This document shows, in pieces, positions 12,317 through 25,399 of a DNA stretch of 64,000 nt; position 1 is the first letter of the stretch; every line of letters starts with the position of its first letter. The notes under the pieces were generated by a model. That model was not told where the DNA came from. It searched no databases and worked only from the letters and a program-made list of their open reading frames with translations. The translations under genes and the position numbers were made by a program. The DNA is from Eledone cirrhosa. Taxonomy: Eukaryota. The DNA lies in NCBI GenBank assembly GCA_964016885.1, contig OZ024742.1, positions 148,056,001 to 148,120,000 on the forward strand. Reading direction: 5' to 3'.

Positions 12317-12994
12317 AATATTAAATATAAAGGGAATATATGGAACTTGAAAGAGATGATAGGTCTATTAGAAGAAGGCGGAATTCTGTTTTAATCAGTG
12401 TTTGATATCGTTCTAAACATTTATGACGTACAGAAATGTATATTTGTTTGTGCGCGTTGTGTAATTTTGTGTTTCATTCATGTATATATGGGCGCTTTTA
12501 TGACTGTCTATGTAATTATGTATGTGTGCGTGTGTGAACAAACAGAAGTTAAAGAGTAAATATATGAAGCCGAGTTTATATATTCGATATCGATAAGTTA
12601 CAACTTAAGCTGTGTGAATTTGTGTTTGTTTCGATTGCTCGTATGCGTTTGCACGTGTGTATTTTTCAGTAAGTGTGTGCAAAAAGAAAGAAAGAAAGAA
12701 AGAAAGAAAGAAAAAAGCCAAAGGCCAAAAGCAAAGAGATCGGGCAGAATGAAAAAAAGCCGTTTGAGGACATAATTTTAAAGTAAGAATTTTGAAGCAT
12801 GACAGAAGAAATCTAACATCTCAGCTTATTCAACTCTCTTAAATATTGCTATCTTAAAACAATATAAAATGTTTTTAATTTAAACAAAGCTTAGAGCATA
12901 GATTCAAACGGAATACATTATAGAATAGCATTTTCGAGAATTTAAAGCAAATGTGATTTGAGAAGATTGAGGAAACTTTTCTCTCAAGAGCAAG

Positions 12995-13160
12995 GCAATG
13001 GCCGATACAGCTTGGTACCAGTGACATTGTAACTCATTTCTACAACTGAGTGAACTCGACAAACGTGAAATAAAGTGGCTTACTCAGGGACACAGCACAT
13101 CGCCCCGTCTGGGAATCGAACTCACAACCTCACGATTGGGAATCCAACTCTGTAATCCCT
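12995..13160 (-). mobile_element. Second tRNA-derived SINE family (also 41250-41565 + and 52540-52730 -)
   Basis: B-box GAGTTCGAT followed by TGTGTCC(C/T)TGAG(T/C)AAG..ACTTTATTTCAC, shared among the three loci. Confidence 0.7.
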
Positions 13161-13189
13161 TCACACACGCACACTCTCACACGCACATG

Positions 13190-13264
<75 letters not shown>

Positions 13265-13590
13265 GTAGAAAACGCACACCTGTGCAAAACGGAACTGCGA
13301 GTCGACAGTTGTTAATGGCTTTGACCTGTTCTTTTGGATACTTGCCACTGTTGTTCAGAGAGTGCGATTGGTCCAGTACAAGGCCTTTCTTCACTTAAAA
13401 AAGCTTCAAGCCCAAGTAGCACCTGATCTAAACAACTTTCGCGTGTATTGCGTCAGCACTGCTTTTCTTTTTTCTTTCGCTGTAGAAAGAAATCTAAGTC
13501 CTCGACAGGGCTAACAAATCATGTTCGTGCCACCCATGTATGTATGAGATAAAGATCTAGGGATGGTAATTCTCGAAACCGAAAAGCAGC

Positions 13591-13702
13591 AGTTCAAATC
13601 CCGCCGAGGTTAGCTTTGCCTTTCATCCTTACGGGGTCGATAAAATAAAGTACCAGTAATATACTGGGTAATTGTTGGCCTTGTGCCAAAAGTAGAAACA
13701 AT
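13591..13702 (+). mobile_element. 5'-truncated SINE
   Basis: Matches the SINE from the B-box to the AAACAATT tail. Confidence 0.88.
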
Positions 13703-13810
13703 TGTGTATATATGTATATATGTATATAGTATGTATGATGTATAGTATATATGAAGTATGTATGTATGTATGTATGTATGTATGTATGTATGTATGTATG
13801 TATGTATGTA

Positions 13811-14150
13811 GAAGTAGTCGGGCTGGATATCCGATCGCGCGTTTAAACCACTGGGAGTGAAGGACCCCTAGCATTTGTTAAGGCATTCTTCTAGGAGAAG
13901 GCAACTCAGGAAACTGGGATAACTCCGATATAAAACCTACGGCTCAGTAGTTACCGATGATGTTGATTTTTTCTTCTTTTCGGGCTAGAGCTACTGTCGC
14001 TCAGAGAGTGGGATTAGCTCAGTGCACAGTCTTTCCTCACTTAAAAAAATATCTTCACGCACAGGCATTGCACGATAGAATTAATTAATAATTATTAATA
14101 ATTGTATATCATGCAATGGCCATACTCGATAACGAGGGGGCAGCCATCAT
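13811..14150 (+). mobile_element. Non-autonomous RTE-like element, short subfamily (second copy 61432-61890 on -)
   Basis: Shares TCTAGGAGAAGG.AACTC, CAGGCATTGC and the 3' GGCAGCCA.C-(ATGT)n end with the longer family; follows a (TATG)n tract. Confidence 0.7.
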
Positions 14151-14169
14151 GTATCTATGTATGTATTCT

Positions 14170-15165
14170 CTTTCTCTTAATTTCGAGTACATTTTTGACC
14201 GGCCACCTCTCTTGAATTGCAAGAATGTGTTGCAAATTTTGAGGGTGCCAGATATCACGGCCATTTGTAGTCTATGAATTAGGGAGCTGCGCTCTTTACC
14301 CACACATCCAAATTCAGTCATACTTTGGTTCAAGTGGGTTGGTATATAACCTGTAGCTCCCATAATAATGGGTATGAAGCTGAATGTGAATCTTGGCTCT
14401 GCAAACTCCTCATCAATGGTCCGTAGATGTCCTCCTCCTCCTGTATTTTGCTTACAATGTTGACATCAAGAGCACGTTTTCAATGTATGGCCCCAAACAA
14501 TAATATCAGGCTGGTTGTGTTTTAATTTGGTGGCAGTTTTTATTTTTAGGTTCCACCAGTATTCCTTAGTGCCATCTATCTCAACATATTTCTCCTCATT
14601 TGTTTTTAATTTTGTTTTCCTAAGTGCGTTCCACATGGTTCTAGCTATCACATAGTGTCACATAGTGAGGTAGTAACGAGACGACATTGTTTCACAGTTG
14701 GCAATAATGTCGCTAACATCTTCGATCTTTATCTTACATAGCCTACATTTATTGTTGACTGATGGCCCTCCTCTTTTGTGTAGTAGACATTTGGTAGGGA
14801 TGTTTTGTTTCTGTATTGCATAGAGATATTCTTAAAGGTGGGATGTTATAAACTTGTCGGAACTCCATGCCAAGCTTTTTGAATGATTTACCCCCTCTAT
14901 GGTCTGTGTTTTTCGTCTCAGGTAACCATGCACAACTTTCTCTCTGAATTGGTTCATTTTTTTTTATCTTGTTCGAGTATTGAATAGGATCTTCCAATGT
15001 TCCTGGGAGAGAGATTTATATTAGGCCTTCTTCCATGTCTCTCCTCCAGATCAGTGGCTATCCTAATGATATCATTTCCTTCATGTTCATAAACCTAGGC
15101 AAGATGGTTGCTGACCTTTTTCTTCTGTTGAAGATGTTACTTCAGTGTTCCTATCCGTTAATATG
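14170..15165 (-). pseudogene. R4/Dong-like non-LTR retrotransposon C-terminal remnant (CCHC + restriction-like endonuclease)
   Basis: Fragments encode IIANC...YL, WWNLKIKT..KLKHNQPDIIVW and IPIIMGATGYIP...LQMAVISGTLKI, which are RLE-clade C-terminal motifs; many frameshifts. Confidence 0.72.
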
Positions 15166-15242
15166 GATTTTATGTATGTATGTATGTATGTATGTATGTA
15201 TGTATGTATGTATGTATGTATGTATGTATGTATGTATGTATG

Positions 15243-15762
15243 TTTCTTGAAGGTCTCTTGGTGAGGAGGGTGACTTTGGACATCCTGAAGGACTAAAAAC
15301 AAAACCTGTCAAAGGGAAAAGGAGCTCTTAAGAGTCAATGGCCATCCAAAATCACCGGGAGAGATGACCCCTTAGCCTTTGTCAAGGCAGAATTCTAGGA
15401 GAAGGAAAACTCTGATATAACACCTGCAACTCTGATGGTATCCAATGATGTTGACTTCTTCTTTTTGGTAAATATCATCTTGGTTAAGAGAGTGAGACTG
15501 GCTTTGTGCAGTGCCTTTGCTCACTATAAAAGCTTCACGACACAGGCATTGCTTTATATCTGGAGATCTCTCTGCACTTGTCATCACATGGTACCATGGA
15601 CCCAGCACTATGTGTCAATAATTGTCACAAGTGTAGTGTTTGTACCAGAGTTTTCAAGTCGCTGGCTGGACTAAAAAGTCACACTCGTTCAGCGCATCGG
15701 TAGGGGTTCTCCTACATGGATATAAAGTAGTGGCCGTACTCGAAAACGAGTTGGCAGCCACC
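15243..15762 (+). mobile_element. Bipartite non-autonomous RTE-like retroposon, copy 1
   Basis: RTE-like 5' UTR motif CTAGGAGAAGGAAAACTCTGA fused to a terminal C2H2 finger (15596-15703, CSVCTRVFKSLAGLKSHTRSAH*) and an (ATGT)n tail. Confidence 0.75.
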
Positions 15763-16588
15763 ATGTATGTATGAATACATATGTATATACATATATTTGT
15801 ATAAAGGTCAATTATCTGTTCAATGGTTGTTATTCATGAAGGCCAGTATCAGAATTTCTAATCGACTAATTGTCTATATATGGTTTCTGTAAAAAATATT
15901 AACCCCCCCCCCCCACCCACACATACACACGCATACACACATACACACACGCACGCACACACACACATACACGCACACACAGACACTCGATAATTATTTG
16001 CTCAAATTCATTAACTAATCAAATAGTGTTCCCCAACTAAAATTATAATTACATTTATTTAGTTTCCATGTTTTTATTGTTATTGCAATTGTTCTTTTAT
16101 TTTCCTACATCTTTGTCTTGTTTAATTCATGTAATAGAATAAAACTATATTAAAGTATGCTGATAGTAATTTGATGATAAATTAAAGATATCTTACAAAA
16201 GTATTTCGAAACACTTTATTCAAATCAGCAACGAATTAAAGCCAGTCTTCTTCATACACGGCGTCTGAAACGTTAAGACTCTTTCTCAATAAAGCGTTGT
16301 AGTGACCTACATTCTGCGGGCTCACATACATTCTCTGTGCGTGATTTGGCTCAGCTCAGCCAATCAACGCCAGTAGAAGAGGATGTATCCCTACGCGCCC
16401 TGAGGGAGAAATTACCCGCGAAGATTTGAAGAATCTTCCTCTCGCACCAGGAACTTCAAACCAGCAACACGTACAACATGTGACGGTGAGATTTTGCATT
16501 TTGGCCTGCCGGCTTTCCGGCGCAATGGCACATTCCCTTTTGTAACCTCAGTTTATGTGTAACTTCAACCATACAAGTTAACAAACAT

Positions 16589-16985
16589 CGGTGGATTGGC
16601 AGTATCGGTAGAGGGTCGGACGCCATGCTTTCCAGCATAGTTACGTCCCTTTACGATCTGAGTTCAAATCCCGCCGAGGTTGACTTTGCCTTTCATCCTT
16701 ACGGGGTCGATAAAATAAAGTACCAGTAATGCACTGGATAATTGCTGGCCTTGTGCCTAAAGTAGAAACAATTATTTGTGCTACAACAGGGCGGTGTATT
16801 GGCAGTATCGGTAGAGGGTCAGACGCCGTGCTTTGCAGCAAAGAGTTACGGCCCTTGCCATTCTGAGTTCAAATCCCGCCGAGGTTAACTTTGCCTTTCA
16901 TCCCTACGGGGTCGATAAAATAAAGTACCAGTAATACACTGGAATAATTTCTGGCCTTGTGCCAAAAGTAGAAACAATTATTTGT
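16589..16985 (+). mobile_element. Two head-to-tail SINEs
   Basis: The second copy sits at the tail of the first, with duplicated ATTATTTGTGCTACAACA. Confidence 0.9.
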
Positions 16986-17164
16986 GCTACAACAAAAATA
17001 AACATACATTTCATCTCTAATTTCTGCTGTTGACATCATTATTATGTTACTCGTGCCTCAATAACATTTATACACCATGCTGCTAAAGCGTTATACAAAT
17101 GTACCGTTATTATACCGTTTTATCTTAATATGTATATATAAATAGATTAAAACAATAACAATAA

Positions 17165-17505
17165 TAATTGTTTATACGTTTGGCACAAGGCCAGCAATTA
17201 TCCCAGTGTATTACTGGTACTTTATTTTATCGACCCCGTAAGGATGAAAGGCAAAGTTAACTTCGGCGGGATTTGAACTCAGACCATAAAGGGCCGTAAT
17301 AATTGTTTCTACTTTTGGCACAGGGCCAGCAATTATTCCAGTGTATTACTGGTACTTTATTTTATCGACCCCGTAAGGATGAAAGGCAAAGTTAACCTCG
17401 GCGGGATTTGAACTCAGACCATAAAGGGCCGTAATAATTGTTTCTACTTTTGGCACAAGGCCAGCAATTATGCCAGTGTATTACTGGTACTTTATTTTAT
17501 CGAGC
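17165..17505 (-). repeat. 135-bp tandem array (2.5 units) of a truncated SINE
   Basis: Units start at 17166, 17301 and 17436 with the identical junction GGGCCGTAAT|AATTGTTT. Confidence 0.88.
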
Positions 17506-17840
17506 CCCGTACACCAGGTCCGAACACAGAGAAGCCGAACTCCCACTGTCATCGCCTCCATCTCCCCCACCCCCATCACTCATTATTATGAGCAAACGGG
17601 GTCTTACGCGCTGGCCGGCGGAAGAATAGAGAAGGCGTTTCTCCGGAGGTTTGTAAGGGAGATGTGCTGGAAGAGGCATTCCATCTCGTGAGGCTCACAC
17701 CTGCGACTCACCAGCTCAGTACCTATGGTGGTAAGTAGGGAGGTAGCCCTAGGGCCAAGGAAACCAGTCTCCCCTGCTAGGGGCTCGACTGCAAAACTGT
17801 CTGGGTTACTGGCAGACTGCACCAAGTTGCCGCTGGAAAG
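17505..17840 (-). mobile_element. 3' fragment of a CRE-like retrotransposon
   Basis: Encodes FAVEPLAGETGFLGPRATSLLTTIG...LFQHISLTNLRRNAFSIL, homologous to the end of ORF 18509-19891. Confidence 0.8.
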
Positions 17841-17855
17841 TCGTTGATATTTCTA

Positions 17856-17884
<29 letters not shown>

Positions 17885-17894
<10 letters not shown>

Positions 17895-18115
17895 GTGCAG
17901 CATAGAGTGCTCAACCGGCATACCGCCTATGGAAGCATCTTAGCTACTATCAGACACACACACACACACACGCACATAGACACACAGACACACAGACACA
18001 CGCAGACAAACACACACACACACATACACACGCATATATATATATATATATAGAGTGCAGCATAGAGTGCTCAATCGGCATACCGCCTATGGAAGCATCT
18101 TAGCTACAATCAGAC
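17885..18115. repeat. Direct duplication of a ~65-bp unit separated by (CA)n
   Basis: AGAGTGCAGCATAGAGTGCTCAA.CGGCATACCGCCTATGGAAGCATCTTAGCTAC at ~17892 and ~18052. Confidence 0.85.
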
Positions 18116-18243
<128 letters not shown>

Positions 18244-18511
18244 TAACACAAGGGACAAGCAAAGAACACTGAAAACTTGGAGAAGACGGGCCCACGAAGA
18301 TTTCCCGTGCTTCAGCTTTCTATTGCAAGCCTTTATAATTTCAGATTCTAGGAGAGTACTATTCTTCACAAAGCACCATTAGCTCCTAAAGCACCAATAG
18401 CTCCTAAAAAAAGAAAGTCATTCTTGATAACAAATCTTTTTGACATGAATTTTCGGAATAATATACAACAGGCAAGGCAACAACTATTTAAGTTTATAAC
18501 TTCGCCTATTA

Positions 18512-21500
18512 ATCCGTATGGTGAGCAAATGGGGTCCCACGTGCTGGCTTCCCCACAGCCCCGGCAGACAGAATGGAGAAGGCGTTTCCCCGGAGGATGG
18601 TAAGGGAGCTGCGCTGGAAAAGCCATTCCAACTCGCGAGGCTCACACTTGCGGCTGGCTAGCTCAGCGCCTATGGTGGTGAATAGGGAGGTAGCCCAAGG
18701 GCCAAGGGCACCAGAAGTCTCCACTGCCAAGGGCACGACCGCGAACCTGTTGGAGAGCGACCGGTACTTGGAGAGTACGTGCAGCAGTACCTGGGTTAAT
18801 CGCAGACAACACCTGGTTGCGACTGGAGAAAGTGTCGGTGCAAGTGGCATCCCACCGCGGAACGGGAAGATGTTCATACCGTCTGGCCTTTTGCTATCCT
18901 CTCGGTCCAACCCCACCGGCCCGAGCTGGGAGGGGAAGCCTGCAGCGTCCAAGCCATGCTTAATGACCTCGTTGAGGGCAGCATGGCGTGGAAGGCGGCC
19001 GGCACTGTGAAGACAGGAAAGCGGGTGGAGTCCGAAAGAGTCCATCGTGGATCCACAACGACATTTATGTGGCTCGCAGATCCGGAGTCCAAGCCTCAAG
19101 GAAACGCCGATGCGCAGGCTATCGTTATCCAGCTGCGTGCCAGTGGAGAAGGAGGGCAAGGCATGGAGCCAGGCACCACTGTGGGGTTTGGAGGCCGCGC
19201 AAAAACAGGCAAGGCGGTGCTGGCGCGTGAGCCTGTCTGAGGCCAGGCTGCACTGGATGGCATCCCATACGCTTTGGGGGGACTTGACGTCAGCAGGGGG
19301 AGAAGGTGAAGGGACGTCTCCCGGGCTAAGTACCAGCCTGTCCCACATCTCACAGGTGACCTCACGTTCCCTGAACACAGAGGGTTCTATTGGGTTTTGG
19401 CGAACCCTGCTGACGAGGACGCGGCATGTGGTTAGCGATGAAAGAAACGCCGGCAAAGTCAGCGAGATTGGGGACCGGAGGCCAAGGCCGCCATAACTGA
19501 CAGGTAAAGTGGCCTGTTGCCATCCAATGTCGTCAAACCTGACGTTACATATCTCCTCAGCTGCTGCTCGGATACAAGTATCGAGTTCAGCGAGGAGAGA
19601 TGCTTGGCTGTAGCACGGAGCGCTGCGAAGGGTGTAGAGGAGCTTCGGCATGGTGAAGCAGTTCCTCAACAGAAAGAGAGCTGGATGACGGTCGATCAAG
19701 CCCAGTCGGCTCGTGAGGGTCTGCAGTTGTTGGAGCCTTGACCTGATGGTGGAGCGGATGGCCGGTGAGTAGATCGGTGACCCGAGGATAAGGACATCCT
19801 CTTTCGAGGTCATCTGTATCTGGTGGAGAATGGATCGCACGTCCAAGACGGAGGCTGCAAAGCTCTCAGTATCATAGCTGACATTCAACACTTCCGACTT
19901 GGACGAGTTGACCTGGAGGCTGATTCCCTCAGGGCAGAAATCACCGATTGAAGGTCATGGCAGACAGTCTCCACGAGCCCACCCAGCGTAGCATCATCCA
20001 GGTACCAAACGTTGAGAGGGGCCGTGATACTCCGGGCAATGTGGTCTATACCAAGGGCAAACAGGAGGGGGGTCCAAAGGGTCGCCCTGTTGGACCCCGG
20101 TGGCCGAAGGTATGACCGTGTCAGCAGCAAGAAGCATGCTTGGTGCTCCATATGACAAGTAGGCCAGCGGGTAGGCGGAGGGGGCTCGGCTAAGGTAGGC
20201 ATTGAGCAGATGGTCACAGCGTATGCAGTTAAAGGCATTCCTCATGTTAAGCTTGACAATGAGGTGCCTGGAGTCCCTGGATGCCGGTTCCGGTGGGCAG
20301 CTATTGAAGAACTGCCTGGTTGCATGTGCGGGCCCCCCTCACAGCCACCGGACACGCCGACAGCTAGTTGCACCGGACTGACAGTTCAGGTGATATGGAC
20401 CTGCAGACAACCTTAGCAGTCAGCCTCCGGAAGACATTGCTCACAGCGATGGGGCGTATGCCACCCACTTTCTTCCTGAGAGCGGTCACGCTAGCCGAAA
20501 AAAGAGGCCTCGGGCGTGAGGTTCCAGGTGCCATGCATAAGCCTATTGGTGAATGCCACAATTGCACTCAGAAGGCGGCGCCCGGCCTCAGCGGAGAAGG
20601 GGGATAGCAACTCCTTGAGGTGGCCTGGTCGGAGATGGTCAGCGTTTCCGCTGCTGCTAGCTGGGAAGGACTTGATGGCAGACATGATGTCTGCGTCGCA
20701 AGCCACAAGGAGCAGGTGCGAATCGGGTGGGGTATGGGTCGGAGGTCAGTGGGTGGATCAGGGTGCTTGAGTCGCAGGGCAGCCAGGACCTCCTCGGTGG
20801 GTTGGAGGACAGTGTCTTCTGAGGCAACCACTCTGACTGCGGCCTTGACATCACCCATGATAAGTTTAGCGTTTACGCGGTCGCGCGAACTCTTGGCGCT
20901 GGCCTCAGGGATGGAGGATTGGAGGTACCCAAGAGCAGGGGTTGTGGCGTCCTTCGGCACGCTTGGAATGGGCGCTTGCCCAAAGGACGAAACATTGGCC
21001 TTGACAAAGGGCTGCTGTCGACAGGCTGCTTCGGTCAGCGCCAGAGCTGGGGAGGACGAGGGTGAGTGGGGCGAAATAGAAGAGGCGCTCCCAGTCGCTG
21101 GCCCGATTGGAGTCCAGAGAACTCTGGATCGAGGAAGCGAGGGCATCGGGTACCGGCACCCGGGCCGCTCTCGGGATCCTAAGCGGAATCTTCTGGAGCC
21201 GCCTGAGCCGAGCGATGTTGACCCGCGAGGCTTGGGCATCAGGCAAGTCTTATCTGGTGGAGTGCCAGACGGCTGTGGCTGGGCAGACGAGGGGAAGAGA
21301 CAGTTTTTGCATCTCACGCTGTGAGGACACTGGAAGCTCGACGCGTCAAGCCAACACAGGTGAGGTGGTGGAAGCAGCCGCACCCCGAACAGTTCCGACC
21401 CCTCTTCCGTCTGTTCGTGGTGCTGCAAGTGCTGCAGATGTCGACTGGTGGGGATGGAGGATGGGACGTGGAGCCGGGGACTGGGGAACCAAGCAACATC

Positions 21501-21615
21501 AGGGGTGAGTGGCTGGTTGTTACCAGCCTAGGTGTTAGGCAGAACTGCACGTGTGTGGAAGGAAAAGTGTTGGTATGAGTGAGGCCTCTGTTGTCTAAAT
21601 AAGACAAGTAGGGAA
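18512..21615 (-). mobile_element. CRE-clade non-LTR retrotransposon (PHD + RT + zinc knuckle + RLE), frameshifted
   Basis: GGIRPIAVSNVFRRLTAK, NAFNCIR, GVQQGDPL, WYLDD, LPVSYGGLGLR, HSGAWL, C.C...H.LSC...RHAALN, KRPDG and PLAVETSGALG spread over overlapping ORFs; N-terminal Cys/His finger. Confidence 0.85.
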
Positions 21616-23699
21616 ACAACTTGAATCAAACGAGACAATTTGAAGATCGAAACTCCTGTTAGAAGAGTTCAGGTCATCTCAGATATGCTACCTTGCATAG
21701 TGAAGATGCTTCGTTGACGAGATATAACAAGATCGAAACATGCCCATTGCTTTCACCAGTTGGTTTATGGACAAGGTCCATTCCCAATGCGTTGTTTTGA
21801 AATGTTATAAAAAGCTTGAGTCAGCCGAGAGTATAAGAGCTATGTTCAAGATTCTAGGCCCAAAGCCCAATCATCCTCCCCCTTCTGTGACACCAGAGCT
21901 CTTTCCATCCCCTTCCCGTTCATTTTCTTCTTTCTTTCTCTCTTTTCTTTTCTATATTTCCCTAGTCTTTCTTTCCTTTTGTTTTCCATTTTTTTAATTT
22001 TTTCTCACAAAATAAATTCTACGACCAGCTACCAACATCGTTGGATTACAATACAATGTTAGTCATATTGTATGAACTACTATTAATAAAAAGAAGCCGG
22101 AATTTGATGTTCTTGTATATAGAAGTGTCACTATGCCAGTCGATGTTTTGGAGTAGGCATAACATCAGGTTCTCTGTAGGTTCAGAACACTCAGAAAATG
22201 AATCAAAGCAGAGTTAGAGTTTTCTCCTTTAAATTAAGTAATACGGTTTCGTGTAGAACATGACTTTAACACGTTTTACAGTCTGTCTAAAGATTTTAAA
22301 TTATATTTTTTGTACTTGACGGGTACTTTATTTTATCGAACTTCAGTGATGAAAGTCAAAGTTGACCTCGACAGGATTTGAATGTAGACATTTTTTATGT
22401 ACGTGTACACGGCCTATAAATATAGTTGTTACTTGGAAAAGCTCACGGAGAAAGCTAAGCGAAAGACACTGTTGGATACAGAAATACCGTCACCGATGCT
22501 AGTTGGGAAGACATAAGCTCTACAGATCTCATTTAAAATTTTCTTCATATACTTGCCACTTCATATCTGTATGATACATTAAAAAAATATATTAATCTAA
22601 TCGTCATCACAGTCTATCAATCCCGAGTGATGAAAGGCAAAGTTGAACTCAACAGGATTTGAACTCAGTACCCAAAACAATGTAACTAATAAAGCGAATT
22701 GCAATTAATTCAACAACACTGCGCTTCGGTATATCAATTCTTATTGTCTTATTGTACCTCATTAGAGAAACATTCTTTAAAAAATACAAGGTAGTGATAT
22801 AACTGCATCACATTAAAATATAGGCTTTACTTTAACTTATAGCAAATTTTTACAATGATTTATCCACTAGTAATGTTACTACAAATATTTGAAACAACAA
22901 ATCCGGATTTAGATATTTTCTGCTAAATCATTACAGGGGGTTAAGAGTTAAAGACAAAGACTCAATAGATTTGTACAAAATGAACTCGTAATGATTCAGA
23001 GTAAATTTCTGACATGGAATAAGCATACGGTATCACCTTTCTTATCCCTCCCCCATCTATTTCCATTTCTCCTGTAATAATAATCGTTTACAACCGTTTG
23101 ACTTGTGTAAATGTAATTTTTTGTAAAATTGACTGCACCGGCATTTGTAAGCGAGGAGAAAAATACACTCGAAATGTCGTCTCTTTATCCGGAAATCGAA
23201 TTTCCTGCTTCGAAGAATTCCTGCATTCCTGATGGGTTTTGGAATTCCTTTTTGTTTCAGTCATCACAGTCAATAAATTCCCCCACAGAGGAATATTCTC
23301 GACCTGGTTTCAATTTTAGGTATAAAATGCTTTTTACTTTTGTCTCAGAAGCGGGTTAAAACAGTGGAAAGATCGTATGACTGAAAGAATACACAAAAAA
23401 TAAACAAAAAGTAAAACAAAAACCAAAGATAGCATCAATTTCTTAAATAAATCAGTATCCAATGTTTTAAAATGTTGCTTTTAATAACTGATATTTTATC
23501 TCACTTCTCTCCCTTTCACTGACTGACAATATTCATCTCCAATTTTTCACTTGATTTATCTTACTTCCTTCCCTTCCAGACGTCTTTATCTATCTATCTT
23601 GACACCCCCTCCCCCTCTCTGTATACATATGTACTTTCTCATTCTTTCAATTGCCTGTTGTGCAGTTTGACTACTCTCCTTCTTTATGACTATGTCGTG

Positions 23700-23701
23700 A
23701 A

Positions 23702-23778
<77 letters not shown>

Positions 23779-23805
23779 CACGCACACACGCACACACGCA
23801 CACAC
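23700..23805. repeat. (ACGC)n microsatellite
   Basis: Direct reading. Confidence 0.95.
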
Positions 23806-24277
23806 TGTTAATATTTCTCGCTAGTGCAGTAGATTAGTTAGGAGTAAGGTATAAGAGAACTGACTCAGTGACTAGGTTTCAATTGATGATGGGATTAATT
23901 TAAAAGATAAAAATAAGTTTATTTCATTTTATGAGCTGGTCTGACGGAAGTCGCTGAGCCCATGATTTTGTAGACCCTCGGAGGCGGGTGAGGTTGATGA
24001 ACTTAACGTTTCTATTGAATTATTGCATCTTAACAGCTAAAAAATAAAATAATAATAATATTAATGATAAAAAAACAAACATGCACAGGTAGGAATTTCC
24101 TGAGGGTCAGATGCTGGGAAATTAAGGATTGGGTTTTGTTTCAGGTTAGGGGCCAGGGGGATTGTGTTAGTGACGGACAAAATAGGAGTGTATGTGTGTG
24201 AGAGAGAGAGAGAGAGGCAGAGAGAAAGAGGGGATAGAGAGTGGTGAGAGATGGGGGATAGAGAAGGGATAGAGAGG

Positions 24278-24309
<32 letters not shown>

Positions 24310-24761
24310 ACACGCCTGCGTGCCAGAAAATGCAGGTCAAATATGCTGCAGCCTAAGACGCACTACTGAACCTTAAACAATCACAGTTTTATACAAACCA
24401 GTATAATGTAATTTATAATACTTTCCTGCAGTCAATAAATGTATCGCTAAACATCTTTGCCACACAACAGCGTTGTGGAAATATCCAAACTGGTGGAGTG
24501 GGTCGTATGAGGTAAGGACCTGTCAAATGATTTTGTCGGGGTAAGTGTGGATTGTGTAGTGGAAAATAATAGCTTAGTGATTTTGTTTGTGTAATCAGAG
24601 CAAGAAGCGTTAAAAACTAGGTTCGTCAGCTTGTCAAACTAATTCAGTTGGGAGAAGGGACGCAAATTGTGGGGCTAGTTTGGGGTGCTCTATATACAGC
24701 CCGGCGCTGAATAGGGGTGGTTTCTAGCTAGCTCCGAGAAGTAGAGGCCAATGTAGTAGCC

Positions 24762-24840
<79 letters not shown>

Positions 24841-25399
24841 AAGGGAGGGAGAGAGGTAGAGAGAAAGCATGAATGAGAAAGAGAGAGCGCGCGTGTGTGT
24901 GAGAGAAAGAGAGTGAGTGAGAAAGGGGAGAGAACACGTCTGTGCACCAGAAGATGGAGTGTGTGCGCAACTTTATGCCAATGAGTCAAATGATCTTTCT
25001 TTGCTTCTGCTGCTAACTTTTGACGTACTATATTAGAGCTCCCCAAGATAGTCGACGGGACTATCCAGGGTTCGATGGGACCACCTAAGAAGTCGATTGA
25101 ATTTTTAATACAATAAACATAGCTTGCTTATGCAGATTACTGTTTCACAAATAATTAGTCTATATAATCTGCTTATTTTATATTCTTTTTACTGATTTAT
25201 TTATTTATTTTTGTACATACCTGGATAAGATGAAGTATCAAGGATTCCATGAATTGGTCGAGGGTTTAAAACGTTCAGGGATCCTGCATTACACGATCTC
25301 TGAGTTCGGAGAAGTAGGGGCTCTACCTAGAGCAACTCTGACCTCCGAGTTACTCTATCGAGTAACGTTATTCCAGAAAGTTGAAAAAAAAGAATAAAA

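Noticed and set aside
20620-21324. 234-aa + strand ORF and other antisense ORFs over the CRE and Tx1 elements
   Set aside because: Shadow frames of GC-rich retrotransposon coding sequence.
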